Below, one piece after another: positions 38,511 through 49,181 of a stretch of DNA of 64,000 bases (its first letter is position 1; each line of letters begins with the position of its first letter). The stretch is from assembly GCA_963826785.1 (NCBI GenBank), contig CAWGYD010000006.1, forward strand, positions 608,001 to 672,000, written 5' to 3'. This DNA comes from an uncultured delta proteobacterium (GTDB lineage Bacteria > Desulfobacterota > Desulfobacteria > Desulfobacterales > Desulfosalsimonadaceae). The notes beneath the pieces were generated by a model. The model was not told where the DNA came from. It ran no database searches and saw only the letters and a program-made list of their open reading frames with translations. Position numbers and translations under genes: made by a program.

Positions 38511-39530
38511 TCAGTAAGTGCTCTCATGGGATACCTTCCCCCTGAAGATGTAGTAATTATAACCGGTATAAGCGAGGATGACCGGCAGCAGGATGACGGT
38601 GCCGATGAGCATCAGGGACTGGGATTCCGGCGGGGCGGCCGCCTGGCGGAAGGTGATGGCAAAGGGGACCACATAAGGCCACATGCTCACCGCAATCCCG
38701 ATAAACCCGGTAAAAAACAGGCCGAAGCTCAAAAAGAAGGGGCGATACTCCCTGTCCGTGTGCAGGTCTCGCCAGGTGACGACGAGCAGGATCAGGCTGG
38801 CTAAGGGGATGGGAAACAAGAATAAGATGTTGGGCATGGAAAACCACAGCTCCCGGATATTTGCATCCATGGCCGGCATGCTGATACTGACCATCGCCAG
38901 GAACACGGCCTGGTAGATGATGGTGTAGGATGCGCTTTCCCGGGCCCAGGCCTGGGTTTCTCCGTCGGTTTTCATCACCACCCAGGTGCCGCCCAGCAGG
39001 GCGTATCCAAAAATCACGGCAATGCCGGTCATGATGCTGTAGGCATTCACCCAGTCGAATGCGCCTCCGGCAAAGCTGCGGCCGGAAACGGTAAATCCCT
39101 GCACGAAATTTCCCACGATGATGCCCTGCATGAACGCCGCCACCAGCGATCCGAAATGAAACGAATAATCCCAGATGCGGCGGTCCCCGGCTCCTGCCTT
39201 GAACCGGAATTCGAATGCCACCCCTCGGAAAATAAGACCCAGCAGCATGAGAATCACCGGCATGTACAGCGCCGGCATGAGAACGGCGTACCCCAGCGGA
39301 AATGCGGCCAGAAGCCCGCCGCCGCCCAGCACCAGCCAGGTTTCGTTTCCGTCCCAGAAGGGGGCGACGGAATTCATCATGCGATCCCGGCACTGGTCGG
39401 TGGGGGCAAAGGGGAACAGGATACCCACCCCCAGGTCGAACCCGTCGAGCAGGACATACAGAAAAATGGCGATGCCGATCAGCCCGTACCAGATCAGTGC
39501 CACGTCGATATATGCTTCCAGATTAATCAT
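38511..39530 (-). CDS. cydB: Cytochrome bd quinol oxidase subunit II
   Basis: LDGFDLGVG, PFWDGNETWLV, FRGVAFEFR. Confidence 0.97.
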   Translation of the reverse strand: MINLEAYIDVALIWYGLIGIAIFLYVLLDGFDLGVGILFPFAPTDQCRDRMMNSVAPFWDGNETWLVLGGGGLLAAFPLGYAVLMPALYMPVILMLLGLIFRGVAFEFRFKAGAGDRRIWDYSFHFGSLVAAFMQGIIVGNFVQGFTVSGRSFAGGAFDWVNAYSIMTGIAVIFGYALLGGTWVVMKTDGETQAWARESASYTIIYQAVFLAMVSISMPAMDANIRELWFSMPNILFLFPIPLASLILLVVTWRDLHTDREYRPFFLSFGLFFTGFIGIAVSMWPYVVPFAITFRQAAAPPESQSLMLIGTVILLPVILAYTGYNYYIFRGKVSHESTY

Positions 39531-40927
39531 GGCCGGCCTCCTTTTTTATCAGCCATACCCGTAATGAGGGGCGGTTTTTTCACCCCGTGTTCACCATATA
39601 CTCCATTTTGCGTGTCCGGGCCTTTGCCGATCAGCTGCAGGATATAATAACTCCCGGCGCCGAATACACACAGGTAGACGATGATGAAAGCGGCCAGGGA
39701 AAGGGCCACGGAAAGCCCGATGACCGGGGAGGCGGCATCCCGGGTCCTGAGTACGCCGTATATGACCCAGGGCTGCCGGCCGACTTCGGTGACGATCCAT
39801 CCGCTCAGCACGGCCGCAAATCCCGCCGGGGTGACGGCCATGCACCAGAGCTGAAACCACCGGGTGGTAAACAGCCGTCTGGTAAAATAGAGCACCACGG
39901 CGATCAACCCGGTGGCGATCATCAGCAGCCCGATCCCCACCATTACGCGAAACGCCCAGAATACCACCGCCACCGGCGGCCGTTCGTCTTTTGGCCAGTC
40001 TTTCAGCCCCCGGACCTCCCCATTGAAATCATGGGTGAGAATCAGGCTGGAAAGCTTGGGGATTTCCAGCGCATACCGGTTGGTCTCCGCCTTCTCGTCC
40101 GGCCAGCCGAACAGCACCAGGGGGGCGCCCGTTCGGGTTTCCCACAATGCTTCCATGGCCGATACCTTGACGGGCTGATGTTTCAAGGTGTTGAGCCCGT
40201 GCAGGTCGCCGAACAGGAGCTGCAGCGGGGCCACGAAGATCGCCATGATCATGGCCATGCCCAGCATCACCCGGGCATGGGGCACATACCGGTCGCGCCA
40301 GAGATAGTAGGCACCGATGCCGCCCACGGTAAATGCGGTGGTCAGGTAGGCGGCGGTGACCATGTGCACGAACCGGTAGGGAAAAGATGGATTGAAAATG
40401 ATATCCATCCAGTCGGTGGGATAGGGCATTCCCGCGTCGGTGATCCTGAAACCGGCCGGGGTCTGCATCCAGCTGTTGGCCGACAGGATCCAGAAAGCCG
40501 AAATCAGCGTTCCCGCGGCCACGATCAGGGTGGCGGCGAAATGCATTTTCGGGCTGACCCGTTCCCAGCCAAAGAGCATCACGCCCAGGAAGGATGCCTC
40601 CAGGAAGAAGGCGGTGAGCACTTCAAATCCAAGCAGCGGCCCCAGGACATTTCCGCCGTGATCCGAAAACACCGACCAGTTGGTGCCGAACTGAAACGAC
40701 ATGACCACCCCTGAAACCACGCCCATGCCGAAGGCGACCGCGAAAATCTTGACCCACATGCGGTAGACTTCCATGTAGACGGAATTTCCGGTGCTCAGGA
40801 ATCGCCATTCCAGCATCGCCAGCCAGCTGGCCAGTCCGATGGTAAACGCTGGAAATAAAATGTGAAAGGCAATGACAAAGCTGAACTGAATACGGGAGAG
40901 CAGGACGGGATCCAGGTTTTCAAGCAT
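39527..40927 (-). CDS. cydA: Cytochrome bd quinol oxidase subunit I (short Q-loop, CIO-like)
   Basis: FHILFP, FQFGTNW, ANSWMQTP, QPVKVSAME, TEVGRQPW. Confidence 0.97.
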   Translation of the reverse strand: MLENLDPVLLSRIQFSFVIAFHILFPAFTIGLASWLAMLEWRFLSTGNSVYMEVYRMWVKIFAVAFGMGVVSGVVMSFQFGTNWSVFSDHGGNVLGPLLGFEVLTAFFLEASFLGVMLFGWERVSPKMHFAATLIVAAGTLISAFWILSANSWMQTPAGFRITDAGMPYPTDWMDIIFNPSFPYRFVHMVTAAYLTTAFTVGGIGAYYLWRDRYVPHARVMLGMAMIMAIFVAPLQLLFGDLHGLNTLKHQPVKVSAMEALWETRTGAPLVLFGWPDEKAETNRYALEIPKLSSLILTHDFNGEVRGLKDWPKDERPPVAVVFWAFRVMVGIGLLMIATGLIAVVLYFTRRLFTTRWFQLWCMAVTPAGFAAVLSGWIVTEVGRQPWVIYGVLRTRDAASPVIGLSVALSLAAFIIVYLCVFGAGSYYILQLIGKGPDTQNGVYGEHGVKKPPLITGMADKKGGRP

Positions 40928-41176
40928 GGTCGAATCCTTTTTTGTAGTTTATTCATCAGCCGGCGGGCCAATCTGCATGCCGCTTCGTCTGCATAAATCC
41001 GTCGATAACTTTATACTTATATATACTCTTTTGATATATTTCAACTTTGAAGGAAGCGGAAAAGAACAAGGGGTTGCATTTGCCCGTTTTGCAGATTAAG
41101 AAAGAGGGCTTGAGGAAAAATGCACTTTCGCCTCACGTCAGGCAAAAACAGACTTCAACGCGATCGGATATGACCC

Positions 41177-41875
41177 ATGATTCAGAAAATTTCTTCCTGC
41201 GACGATACCCAATGCTATATTGTTTCGGAGCATTTTCTCGAGTACTTCACAGACGACGGCCATGTCAGCAAGTTTGACCGGGTGCTGATGGATATCGCCA
41301 AAATTTACGGCAATGCCATCCTCATCGGGGCGGTGGGCGCATCGAAATACATCCTGCATCCGGTTGAGCCGCGAGTCACCTTTGACATCGACCTGATTGT
41401 CGATGAGCCGGACTTCGAGGATTTTTTAAACGATGAAATCCCCGAAGAAAAGCGTAAACTGCTGGATGCCCTCTTCAAGACCTCAGATTCGGCAATCCAC
41501 AGCCTCAAGCACGCCGCCACCGGAATTTACGTGGATCTGCTGTCTGCGACCAGCCAATCGGTTCGGGGAAAGCTGATCCGCCATATCCTTTCGCACCGGC
41601 AGGAAACCACCAACATTTTGACGTTAAACGGATGCAAGATCGAAATCTTAAAACCCGAACTGCTGATTGCCATGAAGCTCAACCGCTATACCAAAAACCC
41701 CCGGACCGAAAAAGGACTGGCGGATCGCCTGGACACGGTTAAAATCTTGAAGTCGTATTATCACCAGAAAGACCTGTTCGACCCGGAAAAGATCCGCATG
41801 TTCCTCAACCGCAGGGAGATCCCCCACCTGGATGAAATCCTCAAAGACGTGACCTGCGAGATGTGCGAAGCCTAA
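41177..41875 (+). CDS. Nucleotidyltransferase-fold protein
   Basis: IGAVGA...PRVTFDIDL, VDLL, LIAMKL, D..D. Confidence 0.6.
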   Translation: MIQKISSCDDTQCYIVSEHFLEYFTDDGHVSKFDRVLMDIAKIYGNAILIGAVGASKYILHPVEPRVTFDIDLIVDEPDFEDFLNDEIPEEKRKLLDALFKTSDSAIHSLKHAATGIYVDLLSATSQSVRGKLIRHILSHRQETTNILTLNGCKIEILKPELLIAMKLNRYTKNPRTEKGLADRLDTVKILKSYYHQKDLFDPEKIRMFLNRREIPHLDEILKDVTCEMCEA

Positions 41876-41888
41876 AAACTCAGGATTT

Positions 41889-42023
41889 TTACCGGGTATT
41901 CGCCATCCGGGTCAGCGCTGTCCCGCTGCCGGCATCGGCACGGCAATGGCGGTAGGGATGGCATGACATCAGGCTGAGAGTCAGCAGAATCGTGAGAAAC
42001 AAGAAGGCAGATCGTTTTTTCAT
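41889..42023 (-). CDS. Small lipoprotein-like peptide (44 aa)
   Basis: GGAGG RBS; MKKRSAFLFLTILLTLSLMSC-HPYRHCRADAG... Confidence 0.5.
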   Translation of the reverse strand: MKKRSAFLFLTILLTLSLMSCHPYRHCRADAGSGTALTRMANTR

Positions 42024-42371
42024 TTTGACCTCCAATTTCGGGATAAATCGCTTATCCCATCCGTGATCCCCGACCGGCAGGGGCCTGTCAAATGGGGTTT
42101 TAAATCGCTTAACCCCCCCTCAAATCAAATATAACCGGAGATGGCCGGAAGCGCAAAGCGGTCCGGGCCCGCTTTTGGGCAAAGAAATCAAAAGCGGAAA
42201 AAATACATGATTTATATGCCCGAATACAGTCAATCCCCTATTTATCAAGAGATGTTTCATTCCTATCCTATATGTAACATCGCGGGTCGATATACAGGGA
42301 TCAGCTGATCATCGGCCTTGAGGCAAAAAAATTATGCGCTGGTCCAAATCGAACAGAAGGGAGGAATGATT

Positions 42372-42686
42372 ATGTGGAGAGCTTGGGTTAATTTCGTTGT
42401 CGGAATATGGGTTTTTATTTCGGCATTCTGGCTGGCCCTGGTGGCCCCCTGGAACTTTTTCATTTCCGGACTGATCATCGCCGTTTTCGGATTTACGGCC
42501 TACCGGTCTGAGTGGCAGGGATATATTAATGGCGTACTGGGGCTCTGGTTAATGGCATCCGCCTTTTTCGTCGGCTTGGCCGTTCCATGGAATATGCTGA
42601 TTACCGGCGCAATCGTTGCGGCACTGGCTTTCTGGCGGGCAATGGCCCCCGGGCCGATTCACCGGGAAGTGCCACACGCAAGATAA
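42372..42686 (+). CDS. SPW-repeat-like membrane protein
   Basis: Two repeats W.N.V.G.W...SAF; GGAGG RBS. Confidence 0.75.
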   Translation: MWRAWVNFVVGIWVFISAFWLALVAPWNFFISGLIIAVFGFTAYRSEWQGYINGVLGLWLMASAFFVGLAVPWNMLITGAIVAALAFWRAMAPGPIHREVPHAR

Positions 42687-42704
42687 TTTAAATTAAATCG
42701 ATAC

Positions 42705-42744
42705 AAAAACGCAGAGAACCACAGGATGGTCTCTGCGTTTTTTT
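42705..42744 (+). terminator. Rho-independent terminator
   Basis: AAAAACGCAGAGA...TCTCTGCGTTTTTTT. Confidence 0.8.
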
Positions 42745-43132
42745 GTTCCCTGTCACTGTTTTTCCATATTCGCAGAAATCCTCTCGTGTCTTAAATTCCT
42801 CTATGAAATCATCATACTTCAATCGAACAGATTACATTTGCCCTATACCATATAGGCCTTTGGCAGAGTTCATCGGCTCTTGCGCAGGCCCTTCATGTCG
42901 GTTTTCCTTGACAGATAAAAAGGTGAAGGATAGAGATAGTTAAAATGCAGTTTTGATGAAACACCTTTTATCTCTTACGTATATCGAGGGTATCATCGAA
43001 CAGGCAATATCTAAATTACCTCTCGGACGCTTGTGTCCACTTCCCACTCATCATTTTCATTTGCTGTTCCCCGAAATCCCGTTTTATTCTTCCTTTTTAT
43101 TTTTATTACCAATCTCAATATCTTATTTCATT

Positions 43133-43159
43133 ATCATGTGATCATATGATATCATGTGA
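43133..43159. promoter_or_regulatory. Candidate repressor operator
   Basis: ATCATGTG-ATCATATG-AT-ATCATGTG with central palindrome ATCATATGAT. Confidence 0.45.
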
Positions 43160-43270
43160 GTTCAAATGTAAATTTATAAAGAAAGGAGGTGATGGCCACG
43201 TCCTGAAAGGTCTGCGAAATCGAACGGCGGAAATACGGATTCTTTTCAATGAAAAAAAGGAGATATATTG

Positions 43271-44914
43271 ATGAAAGCCAAAATTTTCTGGGTATCGATA
43301 CTGTTATTGGGCTTTATACTGGCCGGGCCCGCGGGTGCGGCCACCGACCGGGGGGTTGAAATCACCAAGGATGTGCTTTCCGGACCGGGAAGCATCGGAA
43401 TTACCACCTACAAAGACATCCAGATGAGTTTCGGTGCCCGCGGCCGGATCATCCCGGTGAGCGAGTCCGACTTTGACTTCGGCATCCGCGAAAATCTGCA
43501 GGCGCCGTTGCTGGGCGGTGCCGTACCGGATAACTTTTTCACCTTTCATGTCAATGAGTCCGGCTGGATCAACAACAACTATATCCGCTCCGAAAACCAG
43601 CTGTATTTCAATGCGCTTCCCGACAACCGCGCCTGGAGTTTCTATGCGGCCCTGGAATTCGACCGGCCGCTGGAAACCACTTCCGTGGACGACCGGGGCG
43701 GAAAAGATTACAAGACCAGCAATTTCGGTATGGAGCGGCTGCACGGCACGTTCGCCCTTCCGCTGAATATGCGGCTGCATGGCGGCTTCGACATCTGGGG
43801 GATCGATATCATCGATGCGGCCGGGCTGGTTTACGGCGACGACAATCCCGGGTTCTGGCTGACCGGCGATTATGATACGGTGAGCTTCAATGTCGGATAT
43901 TTCAAGCTTTCCGAGAGCAATTTCCAGACGACCGAGACGCTGACCCAATTGGGCGGCAAGGACGATGACCGTGACCTCTATGCCGGCTATTTGACGTTCA
44001 AGCCGGCGGAAGGGCAGAAATTTCAGCCCTTCTATGCGTTTGACCGAATCCGGGATGTGAAAGTGGGCAGCTTCTCGAATTATTTTACGGGCCAAATGGG
44101 TGCGGTACCGGATACCAATGTCCACCATGCCGGCGCCTATTACACCGGAAGTTTCGGGGTCCTGGAACTTTTCCTCGAAGGTGTGTACGAATTCGGCCAG
44201 GCAGACGATACCGGTCTGGCACAGGATGATTTCGACATTTCCGCCTATGCCTTTTCCGGCGACATCGGCTTCAAACTCGATGACATGTTCGGCTTCGGGG
44301 TCAAGCCCCATATCGGCGCCATCTATACCTCCGGTGACGACGATCCCACCGATGATACGTTGGGCGGCTATACCGGCGTGGAAAATGCCCAGCGGTTCTC
44401 ACAGTATTTCGGCGGTGAAAACACCATCATCGGCGATACGAACCTGGTGCTGGGCAGCGTCCTGTATGGGTTCCTGCCGGAGCTCTACGGCAACGGCACA
44501 CCGGTTTTCACCGGCGGCCTGGAGAATTTTGCGGGACTGGGCAGCGGCCGCGGGGATAACCCCGGTCTGACCATGGCCAGTGCCGGCATTACCCTGACCC
44601 CGAAAAAGTTTCTCATTTTCCGTTCAAACGTGAATGCCTTCTGGTGGAACGAGGATTTTGCGGTGACCAGTTTTTCCAATCCGGCCGTCACCACCACTGT
44701 TCAAAACGGCTACACCGGGGCGGAATGGGACAATGAAATCACCCTCGCTACCAGCCCCAACAGCTTCATCAAGGGGCAGTTCGCCTTTTTCTTCCCCGGG
44801 GAGGTCATTGAAGACGTGAGCAGCGCCCTTACGGCCCTGGCACCGACCCTTCCGGGCGAAAAGAGCGATGAAACGGCCATGCGCCTGGGACTGGAATTCA
44901 TCTGGATGTTCTAA
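43271..44914 (+). CDS. Outer-membrane porin-like beta-barrel
   Basis: Signal peptide; YTSGDDDP motif; ends LGLEFIWMF. Confidence 0.75.
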   Translation: MKAKIFWVSILLLGFILAGPAGAATDRGVEITKDVLSGPGSIGITTYKDIQMSFGARGRIIPVSESDFDFGIRENLQAPLLGGAVPDNFFTFHVNESGWINNNYIRSENQLYFNALPDNRAWSFYAALEFDRPLETTSVDDRGGKDYKTSNFGMERLHGTFALPLNMRLHGGFDIWGIDIIDAAGLVYGDDNPGFWLTGDYDTVSFNVGYFKLSESNFQTTETLTQLGGKDDDRDLYAGYLTFKPAEGQKFQPFYAFDRIRDVKVGSFSNYFTGQMGAVPDTNVHHAGAYYTGSFGVLELFLEGVYEFGQADDTGLAQDDFDISAYAFSGDIGFKLDDMFGFGVKPHIGAIYTSGDDDPTDDTLGGYTGVENAQRFSQYFGGENTIIGDTNLVLGSVLYGFLPELYGNGTPVFTGGLENFAGLGSGRGDNPGLTMASAGITLTPKKFLIFRSNVNAFWWNEDFAVTSFSNPAVTTTVQNGYTGAEWDNEITLATSPNSFIKGQFAFFFPGEVIEDVSSALTALAPTLPGEKSDETAMRLGLEFIWMF

Positions 44915-44940
44915 GGTCATTACCATAGATCAGCATGCGG

Positions 44941-44978
44941 TATGGCGGTCTCCGATTTTGAGGCCGCCATACTTTTTT
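44941..44978 (+). terminator. Rho-independent terminator
   Basis: TATGGCGGTCTC...GAGGCCGCCATA then CTTTTTT. Confidence 0.75.
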
Positions 44979-45017
44979 CAAGCGGCTTTCATACAATCAT
45001 AAGAAACAGGATCAAAA

Positions 45018-45989
45018 ATGTTTGGTAAAAATTTACGGCGGATAATGGCGATGGCGGCAATCTGCTGCCTGATGTCGGGATGCATGGGGTCCTGGCCGGA
45101 TGTGGTTTCCAAAGACCGGGCGCCGGGGGAAGAATATTCCAATGCCGAGGTCAGGCAGATGATCGTGGATCAGCCGCAAACGCTTTCCGGAGATTACTTC
45201 AGAAAGCGGGGGGCTGAAAATCTTTCTTCGGAAGAAAAAGAGCCGGCGGCACAAGGCCCGGCGCAGAGTGCGGATCAGCCCCATGATGCGTATGGGCTGA
45301 AGATCGGGATCATACCGGAGGAAAACCCCTATGACGCCATGGTCGCCGGGCAGTTCGCCACCGCAGCGCTTGCCGCTGCCGGCCCCGATATCATCCTTGT
45401 CGGACCAGACAGCATACAAGAGATCCTTGCAAATGCGAACTGTGCGGGCCGCGAGGACCTGTTCTGCATTGCCGGGCAGCTGTCCATTTATCCCGGCGTG
45501 CGCATGCTGATCATGTGCGACGCCGTTCATCTGCCCCAATCTTTTCCCGGGGTGGCCGCCCTTCGATGCAGTGTGGTGGACACCGGGCTCATCCATTCCT
45601 ATCCGGTGCAGGAGATGACCCTGACGGTTGAAAGCCGGGCGGATGCCGATGCCTTCCTGCAGCAGTCCCTTCAGCGGCTGTTTTCCTATGCGAAGGAGAA
45701 GGCCGTCATCATGCCCCGGCACTGCCGGGTCTTTTCGGTTAAGGATGAGAGGTGCTACATCGGCGCCGGTGCCGTGACCGGCCTGAAAACCGGCGATGTT
45801 TTCGATGTTTTTGCCGGCGGAGAAATGATCGCGTCGCCCACCGGGATTCCCGTGGGATGGATTCCCCGGGATAAAAGAGGAACGATTCGGGTAGAATCGC
45901 TCCTGGGCGAAGATTCGGCCGCATGCGAACCGGTGGACGGCACCATGCCGGCAGTGGGTGATTTTGTTATTTTGACCACAGGGCAATGA
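45018..45989 (+). CDS. Hypothetical lipoprotein (FlgT-C-like tail)
   Basis: MSGC lipobox; YIGAG...GLKTGDVF.V. Confidence 0.65.
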   Translation: MFGKNLRRIMAMAAICCLMSGCMGSWPDVVSKDRAPGEEYSNAEVRQMIVDQPQTLSGDYFRKRGAENLSSEEKEPAAQGPAQSADQPHDAYGLKIGIIPEENPYDAMVAGQFATAALAAAGPDIILVGPDSIQEILANANCAGREDLFCIAGQLSIYPGVRMLIMCDAVHLPQSFPGVAALRCSVVDTGLIHSYPVQEMTLTVESRADADAFLQQSLQRLFSYAKEKAVIMPRHCRVFSVKDERCYIGAGAVTGLKTGDVFDVFAGGEMIASPTGIPVGWIPRDKRGTIRVESLLGEDSAACEPVDGTMPAVGDFVILTTGQ

Positions 45990-46046
45990 TCGATCCGGAT
46001 CGTCCGTTTTTCCCCATATTCCGAAAAACCCGAAAGGAGAAGACCC

Positions 46047-47558
46047 ATGAAGATGAACATTGGCGGTTTCCTGCACAAGCGCGCCCAGCTGACTCCGAGA
46101 AAAGAGGCGCTGGTCCAGGGAGATGTCCGGCTCACCTGGGATCAAATGAACCGGAAATGCAACCGTTTTGTCCATGCCATAACGGATCTCGGGATCGGAT
46201 ATGGAGACCGGGTGGCCATTCTGGCCTTGAATGAACCCGAATATTTTGACCTGTACTTCGGCCTGGGAAAAATCGGGGCCATCATGGTGCCCATCAACCA
46301 CCGGCTGGCCGGACCGGAGATCGAGTACATCGTCAAAGACTGCGGGGCCAAAGTGCTCGTCTTCGGTGCGGAATTTGCGCCGGTGGTCGATTCCATCCGG
46401 GAGAAAATTTCCTGCGAACACCTGATCGCGCTGATGGAGAATCCCCCCGCATTTGCCACGTCCTATCAGGAACTGACCCGCTCCACATCCGAAGCGGAGC
46501 CTGAAATCGTCTATGGAGACGACGATACACTGACCATCCTGTATACGTCCGGGACCACCGGCCGGCCTAAGGGCGCCGAACTGACTCACAACGGCTATTT
46601 CGGCACCTCGGTGACCCTGCGGTCCACCTTCGGCGACATCGGGGAGGTCCTTTTGATGCCCCTGCCGCTGTTTCATATCGGCGCCCTGGCGCCCGTGCCC
46701 ATGTGCGTGCATTTCGGCATGAAGATGGTGTTTCAGCGGGCATTTGATCCCAAGAATTTCCTGGAGCTTCTGGGACAGGAAAAAATCACCTGGTTCGGGT
46801 CCGTTCCCGCGATCCTCATGGTGCTGCGACAGATACCGGGATTTGAAAAATACGACTGGCGTTCGGTGAAGATGGCCCTGGTCTATGCGGCCCCGGTCCC
46901 GGTGACGCTGATCAAGGCATATGCCGAATCCGGCATCGAGGTGCGGCAGCTCTACGGGATGACCGAGTGCACGGGGCCGGCCACGGTCATCGACGGCGGA
47001 AACGCCATTCACAAAGCCGGCTCATGCGGGCTTCCCTTCTTTCACAACGAGATCCGCCTGGTGGACATGGAAGGAAAGGATGTCACCCGGCCCGATGAAC
47101 TGGGAGAAGTGCTGATCGCGGGCACCAACCTGATGAAAGGATACTGGAACCGCCCCGAAGCCACTGCCGATGCCATGAAGGACGGCTGGCTCTATTCGGG
47201 GGATATCGCAAAGATGGATGCAGACGGATTTCTGTACATCATGGACCGGAAAAAGGATTTGATCATTTCCGGCGGCGAAAACATCTACCCGGCCGAAGTC
47301 GAAGATGTGCTCCTGTCCAACCCCAAAATCGCCGATGTGGGCGTAATCGGGTTTCAGGATGAAAAATGGGGTGAATCCGTCCAGGCGGTGGTGGTTTTAA
47401 AGCAGGGCGAAAGCATGGACCCGGCGGAACTCATTGAATGGAGCCAGGGAAAAATCGGTAAGTTCAAGATTCCCAAGAAGGTGGTGTTTACGGATCAGAT
47501 CCCCCGCACCCCCACCGGCAAGATCCTCAAACGGGTGCTCAGAGACCAGTTCAGCTGA
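46047..47558 (+). CDS. Long-chain acyl-CoA synthetase (AMP-binding)
   Basis: YTSGTTGRPKG, YGMTE, SGD, DRKKDLIISGGENI, PTGK. Confidence 0.95.
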   Translation: MKMNIGGFLHKRAQLTPRKEALVQGDVRLTWDQMNRKCNRFVHAITDLGIGYGDRVAILALNEPEYFDLYFGLGKIGAIMVPINHRLAGPEIEYIVKDCGAKVLVFGAEFAPVVDSIREKISCEHLIALMENPPAFATSYQELTRSTSEAEPEIVYGDDDTLTILYTSGTTGRPKGAELTHNGYFGTSVTLRSTFGDIGEVLLMPLPLFHIGALAPVPMCVHFGMKMVFQRAFDPKNFLELLGQEKITWFGSVPAILMVLRQIPGFEKYDWRSVKMALVYAAPVPVTLIKAYAESGIEVRQLYGMTECTGPATVIDGGNAIHKAGSCGLPFFHNEIRLVDMEGKDVTRPDELGEVLIAGTNLMKGYWNRPEATADAMKDGWLYSGDIAKMDADGFLYIMDRKKDLIISGGENIYPAEVEDVLLSNPKIADVGVIGFQDEKWGESVQAVVVLKQGESMDPAELIEWSQGKIGKFKIPKKVVFTDQIPRTPTGKILKRVLRDQFS

Positions 47559-47591
47559 AAACAAACAGCGCCGCATGACCTTGTCAAATAG

Positions 47592-47631
47592 AAAAGCGAA
47601 GCGTCCTGAAAGTCAGGACGCTGCGCTTTTT
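47592..47631. terminator. Bidirectional terminator
   Basis: AAAAGCGAAGCGTCCTGA-AAG-TCAGGACGCTGCGCTTTTT between convergent genes. Confidence 0.8.
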
Positions 47632-47638
47632 TGCTGGC

Positions 47639-49175
47639 TCAAATATCATTTTCAAAATCAAGGTGCATGAGCAAATCCGATCTTCCCACCAGCTCCCGTA
47701 CGCTTCTCATGCCGAACCGTTTTAAGATGTCCACCAGGTCTTTGCGCCAGGCGCTGTAGAGATTGACCACCCGCTGGGTGGCCCATTCCAGGTGCATCTG
47801 GGTCACCAGTCCCGGATCGGTGGTGGCGATTCCCCGGGGGCAGCCGCGCCCGGCCGAGCAGCGGGAGCAGCGGATGCAGCCCAGCGCCACCATTTCGGCC
47901 GTTCCCACCACCACGCCGTCTGCGCCCAGGGCAATGGCCTTGGCGATATCATAGGCGGTGCGCACGCCGCCGCTGGCAATCAGGGCGACCTTGTCCCGTG
48001 GCCCCTTCGTCCACCAGGAACTTGTGAACCTTGGCCACGGCGTATTCGATGGGCATGGCGATATTTTTCTTGGCGATGTCCGGGGCGGCACCGGTGCCGC
48101 CGTAGCCGCCGTCCAGATGGATGATATGCGTGCCGGCGGAATAGCTGCCCACGGCCACCATGTCCACGTCGGTGGGCGTGGACACCTTGGTGGAGATCAG
48201 GGCGCGCCGGTTGATGTGCTTGATCCAGTCGATATGCTTCATGTGGTCTTCGATGGAATAGACGCTGTGGAACGGAAACGGTGAAAACAGCGAGATGCCC
48301 GACCACGGCCTCCCGGATCTTGGCCACGGCAGGCGTGTTCTTGTCGCCCAGCAGATGTCCGCCCAGCCCGGGTTTGGCGCCCTGGGCATACTTGAATTCC
48401 ACGATGGGCACCCGCTGGATGGTTTCCTCGCGCACGCCGAAAAGGCCGGTGGCGACCTGGGTGATCATGTGGTCGTCATAGGGCCGCATCCGCTCCATGT
48501 ACCCGCCCTCCCCGGAGCAGGAAAAGGTATTCCACGCGGCCGCCGCACGGGCTTTGGCCAGCTGGGTGACATTGCTCACCGACCCGAAGGACATGCCGCC
48601 GCCATACCAGGGCACATCGATTTGAATTTGGGGCCGCCCGTCTTCCCGGTGGTTCAGCAGAATGCAGGTGTCGATCTCGTCATCGTCGAGGTCCACGTGG
48701 CGGTTTTTCCGGAAATTTGAACCGGATGCCGGTCAAATCCGCCTCCGGACTTCCCCACCTGGTAATCGAGTTCGTATTCATTCGGGCGGCGGGTTGCCGG
48801 TTTCGGCCATTTTCCAGGTGGCCAGCAGCATGTCCGCCGGCCAGCGATAATCGCCCAGGGCATTGATCATGGGGTTTTCCACGAGCCTCAGGGCCTGTTG
48901 CGGGCAATTGGAGATGCAGAAATGATCCGTCTTTTCACAAGCCGCGCCGATGCACAGGTAGCTCTTGGGGCGTGGCGAAATATTTATAGCCCGTCTTTTA
49001 GCACATGAACATGGTGGGGGCACAGTTGTGCGCATTTGCCGCACCGGATGCATGCATCGCTTCGAAAGATGATGTATTTGGCGATTTCATTGCGATAGCG
49101 CGGACGGGGCCGGCGTGATCTCCCGGCTGACATCGACCTGCGGGCACACGGGTTTTGAGCGTGTTTTCCGGCAGG
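47639..49175 (-). CDS. Ferredoxin + FMN-binding glutamate-synthase-like subunit (frameshifted as given)
   Basis: Fragments: GGMSFGS, SGEGG, QVATGLFGV, EFKYAQGAKPGLGGHL, DGGYGGTGAA, ASGGVR, CIRCSRC...CPRGIAT; start approximate. Confidence 0.85.
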
Positions 49176-49181
49176 ATCTCC

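Noticed and set aside
42743..43141. Two short plus-strand ORFs
   Set aside because: AT-rich promoter region, no RBS or coding signature
45033..47012. 659-aa minus-strand ORF
   Set aside because: Shadow of the lipoprotein and acyl-CoA ligase genes
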